Virus record (IMG/VR): IMGVR_UViG_3300044641_006158
Location: 1 to 53,887 of that record
Strand: one strand, 5' to 3'
DNA length: 53,887 bases
Source: a virus
Lineage: Duplodnaviria > Caudoviricetes
The notes beneath the pieces were generated by a model that saw only the letters and a program-made list of their open reading frames with translations, made no database searches and was not told the origin of the DNA. The position numbers were made by a program, and so were the translations under genes. Shown in pieces: positions 49,972 through 53,887 of the stretch (positions are counted from its first letter, which is position 1; every line of letters starts with the position of its first letter).

Positions 49972-50264
49972 TAGAATGTTTCGGTTCCGGTTGTAGTATT
50001 ATTTTGAGAAACTGGCATAGGTTGATTTGTAATAAGATATGTTCCGTCCCACTCCCATCCGATACCACCTTGGCCAATTGAGTCTACTAAAATCCAAGTG
50101 TTAGAATTAGTCTTTTCCCAAATTTTAGTAGGTGTATCATTTTGTGGTAGTGCAATGTGATTTGTCGGAGGATTCCATTTATCGGTATCACCATCCCATA
50201 AAACGATATTATCACAGTAATTTGGCTCAGACTGTGTATCAATTATGACGTAATTTTGTAACAT
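49971..50264 (-). CDS. Small fibre-assembly-like protein (start revised to MLQNY at 50264)
   Basis: NIVLWDGD...W.PP...GIGWEWDG motif directly after the Gly-rich gene; the longer predicted N-terminus overlaps that gene. Confidence 0.7.
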   Translation of the reverse strand: MLQNYVIIDTQSEPNYCDNIVLWDGDTDKWNPPTNHIALPQNDTPTKIWEKTNSNTWILVDSIGQGGIGWEWDGTYLITNQPMPVSQNNTTTGTETF

Positions 50265-50274
50265 TTTATTTCCT

Positions 50275-50955
50275 TTACCATTCGATAAGTACAAGACCCG
50301 CGGCACCAGCACCACCGTTGTTGCCGGTATTGCGGGTTGGGTGTCCAGAGCCTCCTCCACCATAATTACCACCTGCGACCGATGCACCGCCCGTGGTTGG
50401 AATAGCCAAAGAACTAAGTGAAGAATTCCCACCAGTGCCACCAATAGCCGAACCCAGGCCGAGATATGTACCACTCGAACCACCAAAAGTAAGATCCGCT
50501 CCGGAAGAAGTTGATGAACCGGAACCTGGAGCGCCGCCTGCTGTAGCAGCGCCACCACCGTTCGCTGAAATAGTTGTTATAGATTGCGTACCGGATGCAA
50601 CACTTGATTGCCCACCTGCGGTTGCTGCAGAAGCCAGAGAACCAAGCCCTCCGCTGCCGCCGGCACCTATAGTTACTGACAATGTGCCAGCTGGGGTTAA
50701 ACCAGTTAACCATTTAATCGCTGTACAACCGGCACCACCTCCAGGTCCGATAACAGTTACGCAGCAGCCGCTAGCGGTGGCGGCGGCGCCACCACCGCCG
50801 CCACCAACCACAGTAACTTTGATTTTAGTTACACCTGTAGGTATAGTAAATGTACCAGAAGAAGTAAAGGCTTGTGCAGACCCACCGATAAATGCTGTGT
50901 TCTGTTGGCTACTATCGTTGAATAATACACCTGTATTATTAAGTGTTGCTGGCAT
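50275..50955 (-). CDS. Glycine-rich fibre/adhesin-like protein
   Basis: GVLFNDSSQQNTA; FTSSGTFTIPTGVTKIKVTVVGGGGGG...GAAGLVLIEW. Confidence 0.8.
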   Translation of the reverse strand: MPATLNNTGVLFNDSSQQNTAFIGGSAQAFTSSGTFTIPTGVTKIKVTVVGGGGGGAAATASGCCVTVIGPGGGAGCTAIKWLTGLTPAGTLSVTIGAGGSGGLGSLASAATAGGQSSVASGTQSITTISANGGGAATAGGAPGSGSSTSSGADLTFGGSSGTYLGLGSAIGGTGGNSSLSSLAIPTTGGASVAGGNYGGGGSGHPTRNTGNNGGAGAAGLVLIEW

Positions 50956-50959
50956 TGTG

Positions 50960-51631
50960 TTAATTCTCCCGTACTGTTGTCCTGTAGTATTTGATGTATT
51001 CTGCCAATGTATTTATATGATCTTCAGTTTTCTCAATAAAAACTAGCGGTTCATCATTTTCAACAGCCATGACTGTGACAAGTTGATCAATGTTTTTACC
51101 GACTAATTCGTCATACATGAGTGCATAAGCACATTCTTGTGCAAAGTAATCAAAAATATCATCTCTCTTCTTCACTTTCTTTGAAGTCTTGAAATCAATT
51201 ACAGAGAGTACACCGTCCCACTCTGCAATTAAGTCCACGCGACCTGCCATGCCGATCTTTTCAGACCAAAGAGAACATTCTTGATAATGAATATTATTAA
51301 TCTTACTCATCAGCGGCTTCAGCGAATTGAACATTTCAATTGCATCTGGCATTTCTTTTTGCCACATGATCTTTTCATTGTTCAAGTATTTTTCCGCTAG
51401 AGAGTGTACGCGAGTACCACGACCGGAGGCCATTTTCGAAATACGATTAGCCTCAGCTTCGCCGACACGCGCACGCCACTCCATAATCGCCTGCTTCTTC
51501 ATTGCACCGATAACAGTGGTGACAGACGGTAAACGCACACCACTTGGCGTGGTGTAGTAACGCTTACCGTCGTCGCCTGTTACTGAGACTAGATCAGGTA
51601 ATACCTTCGGCGGGCAATGAATAAATGTCAT
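50960..51631 (-). CDS. PD-(D/E)xK exonuclease (start probably MTFIH at 51631)
   Basis: RYYTTPSG..LPSVTTV; RGTRVHSLAE; AGRVDLIAEWDGVLSVIDFKTS; Q..AYA. Confidence 0.9.
   Translation of the reverse strand: MTFIHCPPKVLPDLVSVTGDDGKRYYTTPSGVRLPSVTTVIGAMKKQAIMEWRARVGEAEANRISKMASGRGTRVHSLAEKYLNNEKIMWQKEMPDAIEMFNSLKPLMSKINNIHYQECSLWSEKIGMAGRVDLIAEWDGVLSVIDFKTSKKVKKRDDIFDYFAQECAYALMYDELVGKNIDQLVTVMAVENDEPLVFIEKTEDHINTLAEYIKYYRTTVREN
51010..51017 (-). promoter_or_regulatory. T4 late promoter TATAAATA embedded in the exonuclease 3' end
   Basis: Exact consensus ~55 nt upstream of the Gly-rich gene, with a GGAG RBS in between. Confidence 0.6.
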
Positions 51632-51872
51632 CGTATAGTTCTTTCTGTTTAAAACGCTTTTCTTGTATGGTTTCTTGTTTCCAGATTTTTCTGGGATTGC
51701 CACACATTATACAACGTGGCGTGTGACAATTCAATGCGTGGTGTTTAAAGAACCGATGTGGTTGTTTTTCTACAATTCCCGCAGCTTTTGCAATTTTCGC
51801 TTGCTTTTTTACTGCAATTTGTTTCGAGTGAATGCGTTTACTGTGTTTGATTTTAAACTCTTCGCTACTCAT
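51594..51872 (-). CDS. Small basic Cys/His protein
   Basis: HHALNCHTPRCIMCGNPRK, a possible metal-binding motif. Confidence 0.65.
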   Translation of the reverse strand: MSSEEFKIKHSKRIHSKQIAVKKQAKIAKAAGIVEKQPHRFFKHHALNCHTPRCIMCGNPRKIWKQETIQEKRFKQKELYDDIYSLPAEGIT

Positions 51873-52530
51873 TATGCATCTCCGATTTAAACTTACATTT
51901 TTCCCCGTGATATCTTTTATAGTTTCCGTTGTCTATAATTTTACCACAATGTTCGCAATTTTTCTTCGGTTTGGATTTTCCTTTATTTGGATGAACATAG
52001 TTTGGATCTGTTAATGTTTTCATTAGAGAATCATGATGTTTTTTATTATGTTCTTTAGTATGTTTTCTTCCTTTAAGCGCCTCACTTACTAATTGTTTTT
52101 GTTTTTCGCTCTGTTTTTTCCCATACATTCCGCATCTTTTTTGAATGTGCAATTGTTTAACAGTAGAACTTATTAAATCTGATCTACGTAAAGCAGATTC
52201 TGATATTTTCTTGCATACTTTTTCATATAGAGGATGTAAAGGATCAAGAACAATATTACCACCTTGACCTCCATATGCAATATTATAATATTCATCACTT
52301 TCGATAATAGAATTATCGATCAATTCTTTTTCTTTGTTGTCCATATCTTCTTTGTTATCAAAGACATAAAGTATTTCTCTTTTGAATTTATCTTTACCAT
52401 ACTTTTTTATAGCTTTTGCCAATATTTTACCAGATCCAAGATATAAATCATTCGCATCTGTTGTAATATGTTTTCCTATATATTTTTTATTGTTTACTAA
52501 ACATGTAGTGACATATATTGTATAGTACAT
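51865..52530 (-). mobile_element. Free-standing GIY-YIG (Seg-like) homing endonuclease gene
   Basis: TIYVTTCLVNNKKYIGKH...YLGSG..L..AIKKYG...F.REIL...YYNI..GG; NUMOD3-like MYGKKQSE / KGRKHTKE; C-terminal CEHC. Confidence 0.88.
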
Positions 52531-52532
52531 TA

Positions 52533-52585
52533 ATTCCTCCTATGTTAACATATCTATTTATATCAAAACTTAACATAGGAGGAAT
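52533..52585 (-). promoter_or_regulatory. RBS-sequestering hairpin with a late promoter in its loop
   Basis: Perfect 16-bp inverted repeat (52533-52548 / 52570-52585) covering AGGAGG; TATAAATA at 52562-52555. Confidence 0.88.
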
Positions 52586-52590
52586 ATTAT

Positions 52591-53364
52591 TTAGTCGGAT
52601 GATGAATTATCATCTTCATAACGCATTGTAGCAGAAATCCAATCACGCACTAAACTGGATCTCACAATATCATTAACAGTAAACTCTATTCTGGAGTGTG
52701 AATTCATAAGCTTAGAAATTTCTAAAAACTTTATGAGACCCGATACATCATTCTTTTTCTTGTTTAAATCAGTTTGACGATAGTCGCCGCACCAAATAAT
52801 TTTGGATCGATAACCGACACGGGTCATTACGGTGTTTATTTCTTCCCACGTCATATTTTGGCATTCATCAACAATGATAATTGCATCATCGAATGACATA
52901 CCGCGGATGAAAGACGTTGAAATGAATTCAATAAAGCCCTGTTCCTCTAGTCGAGTATATGCGTCTGGACGACCAAACAATGTGTGGCAAATTTGCTGAT
53001 AGGGTTGTCTGTAGATTTCCGTCTTTTCATCTAGGTCACCGGGTAAGTGCCCGACTTCTCGCGACGGAACTGCCGATCTAACAATAATTATCTTGTTAAA
53101 CGGATTTGATTTGTCTAATACTTCTTCAAGTGCTTTGTAAAGTGCTATAAATGTTTTACCTGTTCCTGCTACACCGTGAAGTGCAACAAAGTAATCACCT
53201 CTTCGATATGCGTCGTAGAATTTCTTTTGATTTTCTGTTAGAGGTTGAAATGTTTTTAAATGATCCAGCTTTAGTTTGAGACAATTTGATGTATTACCAC
53301 TTGCTCTGTAGTCTTCAATTTCAATGATATCGTCTCTTTTTACATTTGATTTGCGACTGGCCAT
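52591..53364 (-). CDS. phoH: PhoH-family ATPase
   Basis: PLTENQ; GVAGTGKT; GHLPGDLDEK; FIRGMSFDDAIIIVDECQN; CGDYRQTDL; DIVRS. Confidence 0.95.
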   Translation of the reverse strand: MASRKSNVKRDDIIEIEDYRASGNTSNCLKLKLDHLKTFQPLTENQKKFYDAYRRGDYFVALHGVAGTGKTFIALYKALEEVLDKSNPFNKIIIVRSAVPSREVGHLPGDLDEKTEIYRQPYQQICHTLFGRPDAYTRLEEQGFIEFISTSFIRGMSFDDAIIIVDECQNMTWEEINTVMTRVGYRSKIIWCGDYRQTDLNKKKNDVSGLIKFLEISKLMNSHSRIEFTVNDIVRSSLVRDWISATMRYEDDNSSSD

Positions 53365-53387
53365 TAAAGCTCCTTGTTATTGTTGTT

Positions 53388-53669
53388 TTACCACTCCCTC
53401 TGCATCTTTGTTTTGTGTGTCTTAGCCAAAGTATTGCCGGGAACTGACTCTTTGATTCTGTTAATAACATATTTTTCAAAAGTAGAATCGGCTTTTCCTA
53501 CACCTGGAGTACTCATTCGCATACCATCACCAAAACCTGGGAGACTCTCAAGTGTAAAAAATCTTTCGAGATGTGGATTACTTTCCTTGAACGCATCAAG
53601 TTCAGAAATCTTCATCACATGTTCTTCAATTTCGTTTGTATTCTTATTCAGAAAAGTATAGGTTGCCAT
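53388..53669 (-). CDS. FmdB-like small protein
   Basis: MATYTF.NK.T.E..E..M.IS..D.F...NPHL pattern, typically found upstream of phage phoH. Confidence 0.7.
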   Translation of the reverse strand: MATYTFLNKNTNEIEEHVMKISELDAFKESNPHLERFFTLESLPGFGDGMRMSTPGVGKADSTFEKYVINRIKESVPGNTLAKTHKTKMQREW

Positions 53670-53671
53670 TT

Positions 53672-53887
53672 TTATAGATTAAAAACAATTGAAATACGTG
53701 GTTCTACAGAGTTATTCGGTTGCACTTCGTGATAAAGCCATGCTGGCCACATGAGCAAAAGGCCAGGGTACGGTTGATAATCGAAATGCGGTGCTGCATA
53801 CCAATTATTCGGATCTTTCACATGAAAGAAATAGTCAAAGAAATCACGAAAAGGTTGATTTGGTAGAAACCGAATTGCTGAGGAGCC
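53672..53887 (-). CDS. 2OG-Fe(II) oxygenase (5'-truncated; not in ORF track)
   Basis: Reads ...QPYPGLLLMWPAWLYHEVQPNNSVEPRISIVFNL*, a 2OG-Fe(II) oxygenase C-terminal motif. Confidence 0.85.
   Translation of the reverse strand, partial: GSSAIRFLPNQPFRDFFDYFFHVKDPNNWYAAPHFDYQPYPGLLLMWPAWLYHEVQPNNSVEPRISIVFNL

Noticed and set aside
50265-50558. Long N-terminal extension of ORF 49971..50558 and plus-strand ORF 50393..51046
   Set aside because: Alternate-frame and antisense shadows of the GC-rich glycine-rich gene
50960-51631. Cas4 / CRISPR system
   Set aside because: A common stand-alone phage PD-(D/E)xK exonuclease; no repeat-spacer array or other cas genes in the window
1-53887. Alternative genetic code (stop-codon reassignment)
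   Set aside because: Core genes are full length in the standard code, and TAA, TAG and TGA all end genes at sensible positions
53672-53887. 2OG-Fe(II) oxygenase as a collagen prolyl hydroxylase
   Set aside because: Only a fragment is visible, such enzymes are common in these phages, and the collagen Pro is in the X position rather than the Y position used by prolyl 4-hydroxylases; no support for a link

Overview
This window is part of a large T4-like (myovirus) phage genome, read in the standard genetic code. Minus strand, 1-36.6 kb: a fibre/appendage region (three Gly-Pro-Ile collagen-like fibres, three tandem LamG/ConA-like lectin genes, Mtd_N-type fibres, an S74-chaperoned beta-repeat fibre), then a VrlC-like protein and baseplate genes (gp8, gp7, gp6, gp25, a split gp5, a hub candidate, gp53, gp48). 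Plus strand, 36.7-45.2 kb: gp4, a glycosyltransferase-FkbM methyltransferase fusion, gp2, a gp54/gp19-like gene, gp26/gp51 and two paralogous tape-measure-like genes. Minus strand, 45.2-53.9 kb: gp32, a HAD nucleotidase, gp59, gp33, a SleB-like hydrolase, a Gly-rich cassette, an exonuclease, a GIY-YIG homing endonuclease, phoH and a 2OG-Fe(II) oxygenase. Three signals are missing from the ORF track: (1) a circularly permuted, two-piece tmRNA gene (tag ANEERFLAAA) at about 48.35-48.66 kb; (2) a probable programmed -1 frameshift joining gp26 to a gp51-like frame that lacks its own good start, just upstream of the tape-measure-like genes (a lambda G/GT-like layout); (3) a 16-bp hairpin that hides the homing endonuclease RBS and holds a late promoter in its loop. 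All family calls come from motif recognition by eye, not database searches.
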